Shown: piece after piece, positions 25,395-37,616 of the stretch
Position numbering within the stretch: position 1 is the stretch's first letter
Layout of the letters: every line of letters begins with the position of its first letter
Assembly: GCF_004010195.1 (NCBI RefSeq)
Contig: NC_057711.1
Location: 70,882,467-70,946,466 of the forward strand
Length of the DNA: 64,000 bases
Direction of reading: 5' to 3'
From: Chiloscyllium plagiosum
Taxonomy: Eukaryota
Program-made: the position numbers and the translations under genes
Notes under the pieces: model-generated
The model's input: only the letters and a program-made list of their open reading frames with translations
Database searches by the model: none
What the model was told of the DNA's origin: nothing

Positions 25395-27080
25395 CACTGA
25401 GGAGAGGAACATGATGAATCTTGAGATTAGAGATAGAAGTTTGATTAGTCTGGATCACGTTGGCATAAGTATGAAGATGTGTTGGGTATGCTAGAGATTA
25501 TTAAGGTGTACAAATCGCCATGACCGGATGGGAACTATCCCAGGTTGCTGAGGGAGGTGGGAGAGGAAATAGCTGGGGCCTTGACAGATATCTTTGTGGC
25601 ATCCTTAAATACAGGTGAGGTGCCGGAGGACTGGAAGGTTGCTCATGTTGTCCCCCTGTACAAGAAGGGTAGTAGGGATATTCCGGATAACTACAGACCA
25701 GTGAGCCTGACGTCAGTGGTGGGGAAGTTGCTGGAGAGGGTACTGAGAGATAGGATCTATTTATATTTAGAAAAGAATGAGTTTATCAGTGATAGGCAAC
25801 ATGGTTTTGTGCGAGAGCGGTTGTGCCTTACCAACTTAATAGAGTTCTTCGAAGAAGTGACCAAGTTGTTAGATGAAGGAAGGGCTGTTGATGTCATATA
25901 CATGGACTATAGTAAGGCATTTGATAAGGTTTCCCATTGTCGACTAATGGAGAAAGTGAAGTCACATGGTGTGCAGGGCGTTCTAGCCAGGTGGTTAAAG
26001 AACTCTTTGAGCAACAGGAGACAGAGAGTAGTAGTTGAAGGGAGTTTCTCGAAATGGAGAAAGGTGACCAGTGGTGTTCCACAGGGATCAGTAATGGGGC
26101 CACTGTTGATTGTAATATACATAAATGATCTAGAAGAGGGCACTGTTGGTATGATCAGCAAGCTTGCAGATGATACAAAGATTGGTGGAGTAGCAGAAAG
26201 CATAAGGGACTGTCAGAGAATACAGGAGGATATAGATAGACTGGAGAGTTGGGCAGAAAAGTGGCAGATGGCTTTCAATCCAGACAAATGTGAGGTGATG
26301 TATTTAGGCAAGTCTAACTCTAGAGTGAATTATACAATGAATGGAAGAGCCTTGGGAAAAGTTGATGGGCAGAGAAATCTGGGAGTGCAGGTCCATTGTA
26401 CCCTGAAGATTGCTGCACAGGTGGATAGAGTGGTCAAGAAGGCATATAGTATGTTTGCCTTCATTGGGCGGGGTATTGAGTATAAGAGCTGGCACGTCGT
26501 GTTAAAATTGTACAAGACATTGGTTCGGCTGCATTTAGAATACTGTGTATAGTTCTGGTCGCCACATTACCAAAAGATGTAGATGCTTTGGAGAGGGTGC
26601 AGAGAAGGTTTATGAGGATGTTGCCTGGTATGGAAGGTGCTAGCTATGAAAGGAGGTTGAGTAGGTTAGGTTTATTTTCACTAGAAAAAAGGAGATGGGG
26701 GGGGGAACCTGATTGAGGACCTGATGAAGGGGAGAGACAGGGTGAATAGAGACAAGCTTCTTCCCAGGGTAAAGGATTCAATAACGAGAGATCATGCTTT
26801 CAAGATGAGAGGTGGAAAGTTTAAGGGGGATACATGCATCAATTACTTCACACAGAGGGCGATGGGCATTTGGAACGCGATGCCAGCAGAGGTGGTAGAT
26901 GCAGGCACGGTGGATTCATTTAAGATGTGTCTGGACAGATGCATAGGTAGCTAGGGAGCAGAGGGACACAAATGCTTAGGAATTGACCGACAGGTTTAGA
27001 CAGTACATTTGGATTGGCTCAGGCTTGGAGGGCCGAAGGGCCTGTTCCTGGGCTGTAAATTATCTTTGTTCTTTGTTCTA
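25395..27080 (+). mobile_element. 5'-truncated CR1 LINE (RT region and 3' UTR)
   Basis: ORF 25545-26552 with NYRPVSLTS, QHGF, DYSKAFD, GVPQGS and LADDTK. Tail CTTTGTTCTTTGTTCTA. Confidence 0.95.
25545..26552 (+). pseudogene. CR1 ORF2 reverse transcriptase (partial, premature stop)
   Basis: Most of the canonical non-LTR RT motifs lie in one frame; the stop at 26552 is followed by frameshifts. Confidence 0.9.
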
Positions 27081-27449
27081 ACAATCTCCTGCTGAAGGTT
27101 TTGCTATTGATGTTATTGATGTTGGCTCACTCTGCATAGGTAGCCACTGACCAAGCCCAATGTTCATGCTGGATTTCCTTCCAATGATGGGACCTGATTG
27201 TTATCCGCAAATGGTTGGGCTTCCAAAGGTGCTACCTGAATTGCTTTCCTCTGGCAATATTGAGACTGAGGCTTCCTGCTGGTCAGTTGTGTCTTTCCAA
27301 TCCAAAATTGAGGTTGACATCAGGATTGTGAAACTTATGAGAAAATATCTGTGTCATGTTCACTGCCCTTTCCTTCATTTACAGTCCACCTCAAATATAG
27401 ACTGGAGAATGCTCAAAAGTTTTAATGATGTGTTATTTAAGTTGAGATA

Positions 27450-27559
27450 AATTGGGCTAAATACTGGCAAATGGGACTGGATTTGTTCAGGATATCTGGT
27501 TGGCATGGGCGAGCTGGACTGAAGTGCCTGTTTCCGTGTTGCATATCTCTATGACTCTA
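27450..27559 (+). mobile_element. Short CR1 3' tail fragment
   Basis: CTGGCAAATGGGACT...GCCTGTTTCCGTG...CTATGACTCTA. Confidence 0.75.
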
Positions 27560-27957
27560 AAAGTAAAACAACAAACAAAGAATGTAGAGAACCACCAACC
27601 ACTTGCTAACTTTTTATGCACACTGTATAGTTAGAGTTTGTGAATGCAATAGGTGCCAAATATGTTATGTTCTATGAGTTTACACATTTTATCTCTATCA
27701 GTAAATTGATACAACAAAACAGCACTATAGGTTAAATAGATTCAAGTCATTCTCTAGCATTTATTTCAAGTGCCTTTTTCATATCTGACTTGATAAAGAA
27801 TAGTGAAAGCCTATTGAACTTCTGGTGTTTCCCAGCAAGTTCAATCTTGTTCCGATAAATATGATAAATATATACACTTACTAACTGGAATTTCTCAAGA
27901 GTAGGAATGGAATTGTGGACCCATCTCCCCTTTCCTAGCCCAGGGACATTAGGACTA

Positions 27958-28527
27958 CAGAGGAACCTCAATTATCCAATTGGATAATTGATTTGACCTT
28001 AAGCAAGGGAAGCCATGCTGATCTAATGCTGTGCTCTACCGGAGAGTTTGTTTACGTCTATAATTTTAATAACTTGCAGGTTAATCTGAGAAGGACTAAA
28101 CCCTTGCCATCACATACATATATGAAATCCCAGCATTAAGCAAGATCCTGAACAGCTTCTACAATCACAAAAGCATTTGTCCGTTTCTGCTGATCTCAGT
28201 GTTGCGATAGGAAGACAGAAGCACCGCTCACTCACATGTTTACTTCCTCTGCCATTTTTTTCTTGAATGGCCTGGTAAAGTGACAGGAATAAAGCACTTA
28301 CTTTTGCAAAAGGCTGTGTAACTAACCCTTGCGTTAAAAAAAATCCAGTCGCTGTTTCTTGAGGTGGTTGTGTTTCTTTGTTTTATTCAGTGTTTTCACA
28401 TGTTCTTCAGTACAGGTGAATCGAATACACTTACCTCTTTGATGTGGTGTTTTTATGGGACCTTGAGATCTTGTTCAGATAATCCAAAATTCAGATAATT
28501 GATATTTGGATAATCGAGGTTCCTCTG
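27958..28527. mobile_element. Tigger/pogo-like MITE (570 bp) with 22-bp TIRs and TA TSD
   Basis: TA|CAGAGGAACCTCAATTATCCAA ... TTGGATAATCGAGGTTCCTCTG|TA (one mismatch). Confidence 0.88.
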
Positions 28528-28639
28528 TAATACTAAAATTCAATATTTCCAAGTTTAAATTGGCTGACTCATCAACTAAGATGTAGTTGCACAAAGAATT
28601 ATTAATGCTACAGGCATACGATAAGATGGTCTTTATTCT

Positions 28640-29760
28640 TTCATGAAATATGGAAATTACTGGCAAGACCATTACATGTTGTCCAAACATAATTGTTGTG
28701 GTTGTGTTGGTGGTGATGTTGAGCCACATTCTCAAGCAATTGCAGTCCATCTGGTGCAAGTGTGGACAAGGTGCTGTTAGGAAGCAAATTTCAGAATTTT
28801 GTTCCAGTAACAGTGAATGAACAGTATAGTTCTGAGGAACTCCAACAGTGATGTCATGGGACAGAGATGATCAGCCTCTAACATGGACAACCATCTTCCT
28901 TTGTGCCATGAATGATTCCAGTAGACACCAGAAATGAGACGAGTAGAGAACGTTCTGAGGATTATCTGTGGCTTGGAGGAAAATCTGCAGGTGGTGTTCC
29001 AAATATCTGCTGATCTTTTCTTTCCGGATGGTAAAGGTTACAGGTTTTGGATGATGTTATCTGTTGTGATATTGTTATGTTGAGATGTAGTTCAACATAT
29101 ATTTAACATGCTGCTGAATATGAAATATTTGGTATACAAAATCACAAAAAAATAAAAGTTAACACAATTCAGTAGTTGGAGAAGTATTGATGAGAAGGTT
29201 AAAAAGACTGAAGAGCTTTCTTAGAATCCTGTGCTCTTCAATGAAAACACAACTTTTGGTTGTCCAAGCATTGTCTGGTATATAGTGTATACTGTAGTCA
29301 TTGTCCATCTGTGCTTGGGGAGTGAATGCTTTAAGGTGATGGATCTGTTGCAGATCAAGCAGGTTGCTTTGTCCTGGATGGTGCCAAGCTTCTTGAGTAT
29401 TATTGGAGCCAGGCAGTAATTGCAGTGAGTATTCCAACACACTCATAACTTGTGCCTGGTAGATAGTAGTCAGGCTGTGGGGAGTCAGAAAGTGAGTTAT
29501 TTGGCACAGAATTCCTCGCCTCTGAATTGTTCTTATCGCCATAGTATTTATATGTCTGATGCAGTTCAGTTTCTGGTCAAATGTGACCTCCAGGATGTTG
29601 ATAGCAAATGGTTTAGCAATGGCAATCAGCAAAGGTCAAGAGGGGATGGTTAGATTCTTTCTTGTTGGTGATGGTTATTGCCTGACACTTACGTGGTACA
29701 TATGTTACCTGACACTTATCAGCCCACAGTTTCGATGTTTTCCATATCTTTTAGCATGAG
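28640..29760 (-). mobile_element. Old LINE (CR1/L2 group) 3' region, fragmented
   Basis: ORF 29159-29632 includes INILEVTFDQKLN..HIN..RGIL..LTTIYQAQVMSVLEYS, the post-RT region of CR1/L2-group LINEs. Confidence 0.75.
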
Positions 29761-30934
29761 TCAGAGATCTCTATAAATTATATTGGTTCTTCCTTGGAGT
29801 GCGCAGATCCACTTGGATCAATGTATCATTGAGAGGAGGGAATCATTACTTGGTCTTTTATAGTAAGAAGCAAAACAAACTGTTAACCTATGGTAGATTC
29901 CTGATATAATCAGATAAAATAAAGTATATATTCTGACACAGTGTGATTTAGAGATATGATGCAGCAAAACATCAAGGAATTTTGATACAAATGAGTAGCT
30001 TAACACATTGTGGGATAGTGGCCAGTCTGGAACAAGAAAGTGTGAATGAGACTTGGGTTCAGATATTTGCCATCAAGGCAGGAAGCTTCAGTTGGGGTGT
30101 TTCCTGACTCAGCAGCCTATTTCCATATAAACAGCATCCACACACTTTATTTTTGCTCTGGAAAAGTTGAGATGGATCAGATTGGATTCACTGACCCTGT
30201 TGGATCTGCAGAGTGGTTCCAGCATTTCCTGTTTTTATTTTAGATCTTCAGCATCTGCAATATTTTGCTTTCATTTATTTAAAAGCAAACTGTGACTAAT
30301 TTGATTTAACTTTTTAATGAACAGTGAGAATTGATAAATGTAATACAATAAAAGTCATACATAAATACTTTTATTCAGCAAAATACTACAAAACGGACTT
30401 GAAAAGACATTAGAAGCATTTGGACTTAAAAGGACTGTGTAAATTGAATACTTTCCTGGCTGAGGAACGGGAGGCAGTGGTGAAGAAATGCTTTTTCAAA
30501 TTGAAGTGAAGGGTGCCTTGATGTCTCCAGGGCTTGCTTTCCAGACCATTGCTTTTCTTGTTATGCATAAATGATCTAGATTTAGGTTCACATTCTCTAC
30601 TGTTAGATTCTGTGGTGTAGTTTTAAGATTGGCAGCATGGCATACAGCAATAGCAGACAGTAACCGAATATTTCCATGGTCAAACTGCTTGCCACCATTT
30701 GAAAAGCTGTGACTGAAAACCCGAAGGTGAGGTAACATTGATATAGAAGATAAAGAAAGGTGTTGTTTATCCAAATGTACAGTGCACAAAATTTTGATAT
30801 CATACCACAGTGTCCAACTTAGTAAGCAATCGATGATTTACCTGATCACTCCAAAAAGCGCTTATGATTGAACAAACAATCTCATCGAGCACACCAAAGA
30901 AGAATGGTACTACTAAGTCCAAACAAAAGGAAAC

Positions 30935-32080
30935 TATGTGGAAGCTGGAAATCTGAAGTAAAAACATGAAATGTTGGAAATTCTTAACAAATATCACAAG
31001 TGCACAGCATTTGTGGAGAGAGAAACTGAATTGGTTTTTATCTTGATGGCATCTCATCCAAACTGGGAAATCGAAGTGCAACCAATTTCAAGCATGAGAA
31101 AGGAGGTAGGGTCGACATAGCTCAAAAAGGTAGGTCTATTTTAGGTTAGAAATCAGGAAAGATTAAGAGTCAGAAGGGTTGCTGGTGCATGGCCAAAGGG
31201 AGTGATAATGAGGTCAGTATGGAAAGAAAAGAAAAAGTGTGAATACCAAAACTATGAAGAGCTGACATCAAACAGAAATAGTAAGGTAAAAGTAACAAAT
31301 TAAACCAAAGCTCATGAAGGAAAAGGAAAGAAAAAACAGAGCAAAGGATATGGTTTGAAATTGTTGAAGACAGTGTTGAGTATGAAAGTTTGTAAAGAAT
31401 CTCATCAAAAGGTAAGGTGCTTAAACTTGCTTTGAGCTTCATTGAACGTTGAGGAAGGTTGAGATTAGTGTAACAGCAAGTCAATGTTTGATGTTAGCCT
31501 GGTCCAGAAACAGAGACAGATAAGTTGAGGGAGGATAAGAAAAATTTGGAGTTGGAATAAGTGAAGTTGAGAGAAGGAAACTGGAAGTAACATTGATGAA
31601 ATTTTCTGATTCAGGTTGAGAGCAGAAAACTGTACTGATACTGTTATCAGTGCTGGAAACAGAGGTGACAAAGGGTCCCCAAGGGCAGCTAGAACAGAAA
31701 TGTTCCATATATCCACAAGAATGCAAATGGAAAATGAGTGGAGTTAGAGAAAAATTGTTCAATAAATGAAAAGGTTCAGCCAGGCAGAAAAGACTTGGGT
31801 TAGATGGAGAATGGTTGGCATTTTATCCAAGTAAGAAGCCAGATGTCCTCAGACCACCAAGATCCAGTTGTAGAGAAATTGGGTGTCCATGATGAAGAGG
31901 AGAGTGTTAGGGCTAGGAAATTATAAACTGTTAAAGCAATAGAAAACAACAGGGTTGTCACATAATCAGAACTGTCAAAGATATAGGTGGAAGGAATTTG
32001 ACAAGGGGAGAAAAGAATTAGTTGAACTAAGAAGAACTTGGTTTAGTGAGGCAGGAACAGGCTGAAACAATGGCTGGACC
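30935..32080 (-). mobile_element. Highly decayed Penelope-like element
   Basis: GCTGGAAATCTGAA...AATGTTGGAAAT...CAGCATTTGTGGAGAGAGAAAC terminus followed by a purine-rich body like the other PLEs. Confidence 0.5.
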
Positions 32081-32619
32081 TTTTATTTCTGGCTGAGGAA
32101 CCTGGCCACTAATTTAGTTTTGGGTTCTGATTCCTCATTATATGTTCCAGACATGCCCACATGAATTTTAACAGGGCCAGATCAACTCATGACACAATAT
32201 GGGATCACTATCCAATTAAGGATGACAGATGGGCTGCAGAACCAATACAATAGGAATGCCCTCTGGCACTGACACATTGGTATTTTCACCAGCTGAGCTG
32301 GTAACTGTGGATTTGTGAAGGAGGTACTCTCTGAAGAAACGATCTAAAGAAGGGATGAATGCTCCATTAGTTGATCAGGGGTCAGAGGAGTTGACCCATG
32401 CAGATTCCCAATGTAAGCAACATTGATGTTTAAGTTCAACCAAGATCATGCAGAGGTGACTTTTAAACCTATCACTGTTATAGCACTGGACCAGCTGGAG
32501 TCGACATCTCTAACCTTATTTCAAAGACGGACATTGGGGAGTTGAAGGAGGCTCAGATTCTACCTTCAAATTTAAGGGGCAATGTCATCAAAAATGATGA
32601 CATTGAGAATTGTGAGATG

Positions 32620-33310
32620 AGGGTTCAACTATATCCAACCCATTACTCAGAGCAAGTCCAAGACTACCTTCAAAAGTCTTTGGAGGCAGGTGTCATCTGA
32701 GGTTTGTCAAGTCCATTTGCATCCCCCATTGTCTTTGTGAGGAAGAAAGATAGCAAATTAATGATTCATGTTAATTACCAGGCACCAAATGTCAAGACTC
32801 ATAAGGAAGCTTCCTCTTTACCTAGAATTGAAAAGCACTGCAAGTTCTCAAAGATGCAATGTATTTCTGCAGTCCCAATTTGGCCATGTTTGTGACTAGC
32901 TGCTCATCACCGAATGAGAAAACAGTATCCACACAGTCAACAGGCAACTTTGTGAATACACAAGAATGCCATTTGAGTTTTATAATGTTTCTGCCACCTT
33001 CATACATGTGATAGATAAAGCTTTTGGTTACCTTAATCTCCTGTCCTTCCTTGTGAATCTGGATGCCATACTTACCTGTGGCTTGACATTGAAGGAGAAT
33101 TTTACAAGACTAGATATCTTTTCATCTGCTTATTGCTCTTCAACTTGAATATCAAATTCAAGTGCCAACTTCTCTCGGAAAGAAAAAGGTACCTAGAGCA
33201 CTTAGTTACCAAGGAAGGCATACTCCTGGATAATGACAAAATCTGAGCTGTAGAGCCATTGCCCTAACCTAAAGTAGAGCTATACATCTACAGTACTCTG
33301 TAGGTTCATT
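32620..33310 (+). mobile_element. Ty3/gypsy LTR-retrotransposon RT relic
   Basis: SSPFASPIVFVRKKDSKLMIHVNYQAPN..LPRIE and MPFEFYNVSATF..VNLDAIL are degenerate gypsy RT motifs (SP.ASP.V.V.KKDG, MPFGL.NAP, YLDD). Confidence 0.8.
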
Positions 33311-33919
33311 GGTCTACTTGGACGAAGTTGCTTAAAAATGCATTGCATCTATACGAGAATTATACAAGGCAATGCACAATTAGTTTCCCATCTCCATGAT
33401 TTACTGAGGAAATTAGAAAATGCTGCAACCAACGCGGACTTAAATATTCTAGCCAATGTGGCACAATTGAATCTGCTAATCACATAACTGCTCAATATTG
33501 TCACTGTGTGCCATGTGTAGTTGATGGGATGGCAATGCACAAAGGGGCGTGCAGACTCTCGCAGCATTTTACTATGATTCCTTGTGGGAGTGACAAAGGA
33601 TCTGTGGAGCACCAAACTGCTGTGCTGCCTCTATTTATCAAACCAGAAGACAACCCAGCTTGTTGCCCACTTATGCTGAAGTAATACAGACCAAAGCTAA
33701 TCCCTCAAGGCAGCTCAAAGGTATCCTGTAAAGCCATCTACAGTTTCTCCCAGTGAAAGGCAGCAGCTTTCCATCAGTCATGCTGGAGCTGTAGTGTGAG
33801 TGGTAACATGATACAGAAACATTTGGATGAACAACTGCACTCTCACATCCTTGATGCAAAAGTGCTAAAGGAATGCACAAAAGTTGACAGGTCATTGTTG
33901 TTTGTATCATTGAATAGTT

Positions 33920-34480
33920 CACACAATCACAGAATTGTCACAGTGCAGGAGGAGGCCATTCAGCTAATTGTACCTAGACTGGTTCTATTACTTATTGCCA
34001 ATATCTTGCCTTTTCCCCATGTCTCTGTGCATTATTTCTATCCAAGTAATCATCCAATTGCCTTTTTAAATGCTTCCCTTGAACCTGCCTCCACCACATT
34101 TCCAGGCACTGCATTGCATACCCTAACTATTTGCCATTTGAAAAAGTTTTTATCTCACATTTCACTTTCTTCATTTGCGCATCACTTTAAATTTATAACA
34201 TCTGATTTTTTTTTCTTTTTTATGTTGGGAATAACATCTCCCCATCTACTCTATCCAACCTGCTCATGATTTAGAAAACCTCCATCAAATCTCCTCTTAG
34301 CCTTCTCCTCTCAGAGAGCAGTCCAAATTTCTTCAAACAATCCTCATAGCTGAAACCATTCTTGTAAATCGCCTCTGCACTCTCTCCAATGCATTCGCAT
34401 CTTTCTCAGAGTGTGACACCCAGAACTGTATACAGTACTCCAGGTGGGGTCTAACAACTGTGCTGTACAAGTTCAACATC
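33920..34480 (-). mobile_element. CR1 3' end fragment
   Basis: Minus frame LYSTVVRPHLEYCIQFW..DANALERVQRRFTRMV. Confidence 0.85.
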
Positions 34481-34654
34481 CCATTTATTGAACCACATAG
34501 TTGTTTTATATACATTTTGGACCAGTCTTTGATACTGAACAAGGAAACATTGTGTTGGAGAATGTCCAATGTGTGTAACAGTGGTGAAAGAGCTCCATTT
34601 TGGAACAGTAATGTTCTTAAAGTGAAAGCAGAGTTCCTCAAGGTAGCAAAGAAT

Positions 34655-36447
34655 ACAATCATCTTTGAATCCTTCCACTTCCTCCAGACCAAAGGAGTAG
34701 TCATGGGCACCCGTATGGCCCCAGCTATGCCTGTGTCTTTGTTGGCTACGTAGAACAGTCCATCTTCCGTAGTTAAACCGGCACCACTCCCCACCTCTTC
34801 CTCCACTACATTGATGACTGCACTGGCGCCACCTCGTGCTCCCGCGAGGAGCTTGAGCAGTTCATCAACTTCACCAATGCATTCCACCCCGACCTTAACT
34901 TCACCTGGACCATCTCTGACACCTCCCTCCCCTTCCTGAACCTCTCCGTCACCATTAATGACAAACGACTTGACACTGACATTTTTTACAAACCCACCGA
35001 CTCTCACAGCTACTTGGACTACACCTCTTCCCACCCTACCTCCTGCAAAAATGTCATCCCGTATTCCCAATTCCTCCATCTCCGCCATATCTGCTCCCAG
35101 GAGGACCAGTTCCACCACAGAACACACCAGATGGCCTCCTTTTTTAGACATCGCAATTTCCCTTCTCATGTGGTTGAAGATGCCCTCCAACACATCTCAT
35201 CCACATCCTGCACCTCCGCCCTCAAACCCCACCCCTCCAACTGTTACAAGGACAGAACCATCCCCGGTGCTCACCTTCCACCCTACCAACCTTCGCATCA
35301 TCCGTCAACATTTCCGCCACCTCCAAACGGACCCCACCACCAGAGATATATTTCCTTCCCCATCCCTTTTTGGTTCTGCAAAGACCATCACCTCCGTGAC
35401 TACGTGGTCAGGTCCACGCCCCCCAACAAACCACCCTCCTGTCCTGGCACACTCCCCTGTCACCGCAGGAATTGCAAAACCTGCACCCACACCTCCTCCC
35501 TCACCTCCATCCAAGGCCCCAAAGGAGCCTTCCACATCCATCAAAGTTTTACCTGCACATCCACCAATATCATTTATTGTATCCGCTGCTCCCAATGCAG
35601 TCTCCCCTACATTGGGGAGACTGAACGCCTCCTTGCAGAGCGCTTCAGGGAACATCTCCAGGAAACCCGCACCAATCAACCCCACTGCCCTGTGGCCCAA
35701 CATTTCAACTCCCCCTCCCACTCTACTCAGGACATGCAGGTCCTGGGCTTCCTCCACCGCTGCTCCCTCACCACTCGACGCCTGGAGGAAGAACATCTCA
35801 TCTTCCGCTTCGGAACACTTCAACCCCAGGGCATCAATGTGGACTTCACCAGTTTCCTCATTTTCCTCCCCCCACCTTACCCCAATTCCATCCTTCCGCT
35901 CAGTACTGTCCCCATGACCTGTCCTACCTGCCAATCTCCCTTCCCACCTATCCGCTCCATCCTCCTCTCTGACCTATCACCTCCATCCCCATCCCCATTC
36001 ACCTATTGCACTCTTTGCACATCCCCCACCCTCCTCTCTGACCTATCACCTCCATCCCCACGCCCATTCACCTAAAGCACTCTTTGCTACCTTCTCCCCA
36101 GCCCCCCCGCTCCCCGATTTATCTCTCCACCCTGGAGGCTTCCTGCCTCTATGCCTGAAACATCGATTTTCCTGCTCCTTGGATGCTGCCTGACCTGCTG
36201 TGCTTTTCCAGCACCACTCTGATCTAAACTCTGGTTTCCAGCATCTGCCACTTGCACTGAAGGATCTTGAATGGGTGTTTCCATGACACTACGCAGCCAA
36301 ACTGGCTAACATGATGCGAAGATTAGAAACTTGGACCGTGAAATCCAGACCACAAATCATTCAATAATGATCAGGTGGATGGTTCCCAAACTGGGATTTG
36401 AACCTCTTCTAACTAAAGGGCCACTCCACAAGTCAAAGACTTTTGCC
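34655..36447 (+). mobile_element. 5'-truncated Penelope-like retroelement (RT and GIY-YIG endonuclease, frameshifted); terminus split by a 195-bp insertion
   Basis: FLQTKGVVMGTRMAP, YIDD (~34807), FYKPTDSHSYLDYTSSHP and FTCTSTNIIYCIRCSQCSLPYIGET..ERFREH. The 3' UTR has a ~55-bp direct duplication (35960-36087). Confidence 0.92.
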
Positions 36448-36938
36448 TGCTTAACAATGCATTGTTACCTTCCAATGCGGGGATGCAAAAACAAAATAAT
36501 CACTTCAGGTTATGTGAAAAGGAAGTCTTCCTACAGTCTAGACACTTATCTTAACCAATTACAGTGTCAGCAAGACATGAACAATGTTCTGAAGAGCAAC
36601 TCAATGCTGTCTCAGATAGACACACTCAAAGAGCTCTTGGAAGCACACACTGGGACTAATATTTCAAGGGAGAATCTGAGAGCTGTTGGCAGATTAATGA
36701 AGTGAAACAACTATCTTCATTGTCTCTTTCTGAAGAACGTGGCACTCACTGTGGTTCCCACAAAAACAATTACAGTGAAAAATCTTAAAGGAACTGAACA
36801 TTTTGAATAACTGCAACATTCACTACCGCTGACTGCATTAGGAAACCAGCTAATCAGCCTTGCCATCAGGTTCAAACCTTATGCTTCACAGAGAACCAAA
36901 GGACTCTCAACTCTTTTGTGTTGGACATTATTCCTCTT

Positions 36939-37009
<71 letters not shown>

Positions 37010-37512
37010 ACATGCTGGATGCTTGACATCACAATTTTAAAATTATCTTCCACAGGTTTAACAGTTAATAGGTTTGTTCTTGCTCAAGAAAACTTTGTTG
37101 ATTGCCTTCTTTTTGCTCGCATCAAAATAGATAGTAACACTTTAACTGGAAAGAAAGAACTCAAGATTTGTTGTGACCAACTAAAGAGAGCCAGCTCACC
37201 TCTTCTTGCTTGGTTTAATGGTATGTATTCAGAAATTGACAGAATTTACCACAAAGAACTGAGCAGAGTACTTCCATCAATCGTGCCTGAGCAAATCTCA
37301 CTGAAAAGCACTTCTCTGTCTTTGACTTGTGGAGTGGCCCTTTAGTTAGAAGAGGTTCAAATCCCAGTTTGGGAACCATCCACCTGATCATTATTGAATG
37401 ATTTGTGGTCTGGATTTCACGGTCCAAGTTTCTAATCTTCGCATCATGTTAGCCAGTTTGGCTGCGTAGTGTCATGGAAACACCCATTCAAGATCCTTCA
37501 GTGCAAGTGGCA
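36246..37512. repeat. Perfect 195-bp inverted repeat (36246-36440 / 37318-37512)
   Basis: The arms are exact reverse complements by eye; the ORF track gives the same MDREIQTT...KSKT peptide on both strands. Confidence 0.95.
36942..37006. repeat. (GT)n microsatellite, about 32 units
   Basis: Uninterrupted GT run. Confidence 0.98.
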
Positions 37513-37616
37513 ATTACCTCCACAGCAGCAACACTCCACCAGTCATGACGAAGGTGAGCAGCAGCATGTAATGTCTGTAGGAAACAATCACAGACATCTG
37601 TATGGTTATGTGAGTT

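Noticed and set aside
34333..35934. Long ORFs of 286 aa (-), 319 aa (+) and 209 aa (-)
   Set aside because: They are antisense or alternative frames of the C-rich Penelope element plus adjacent CR1 sequence.
36246..37512. DNA transposon with 195-bp TIRs
   Set aside because: No TSD and no transposase. The left arm interrupts a PLE terminus with microhomology, which fits templated insertion better.
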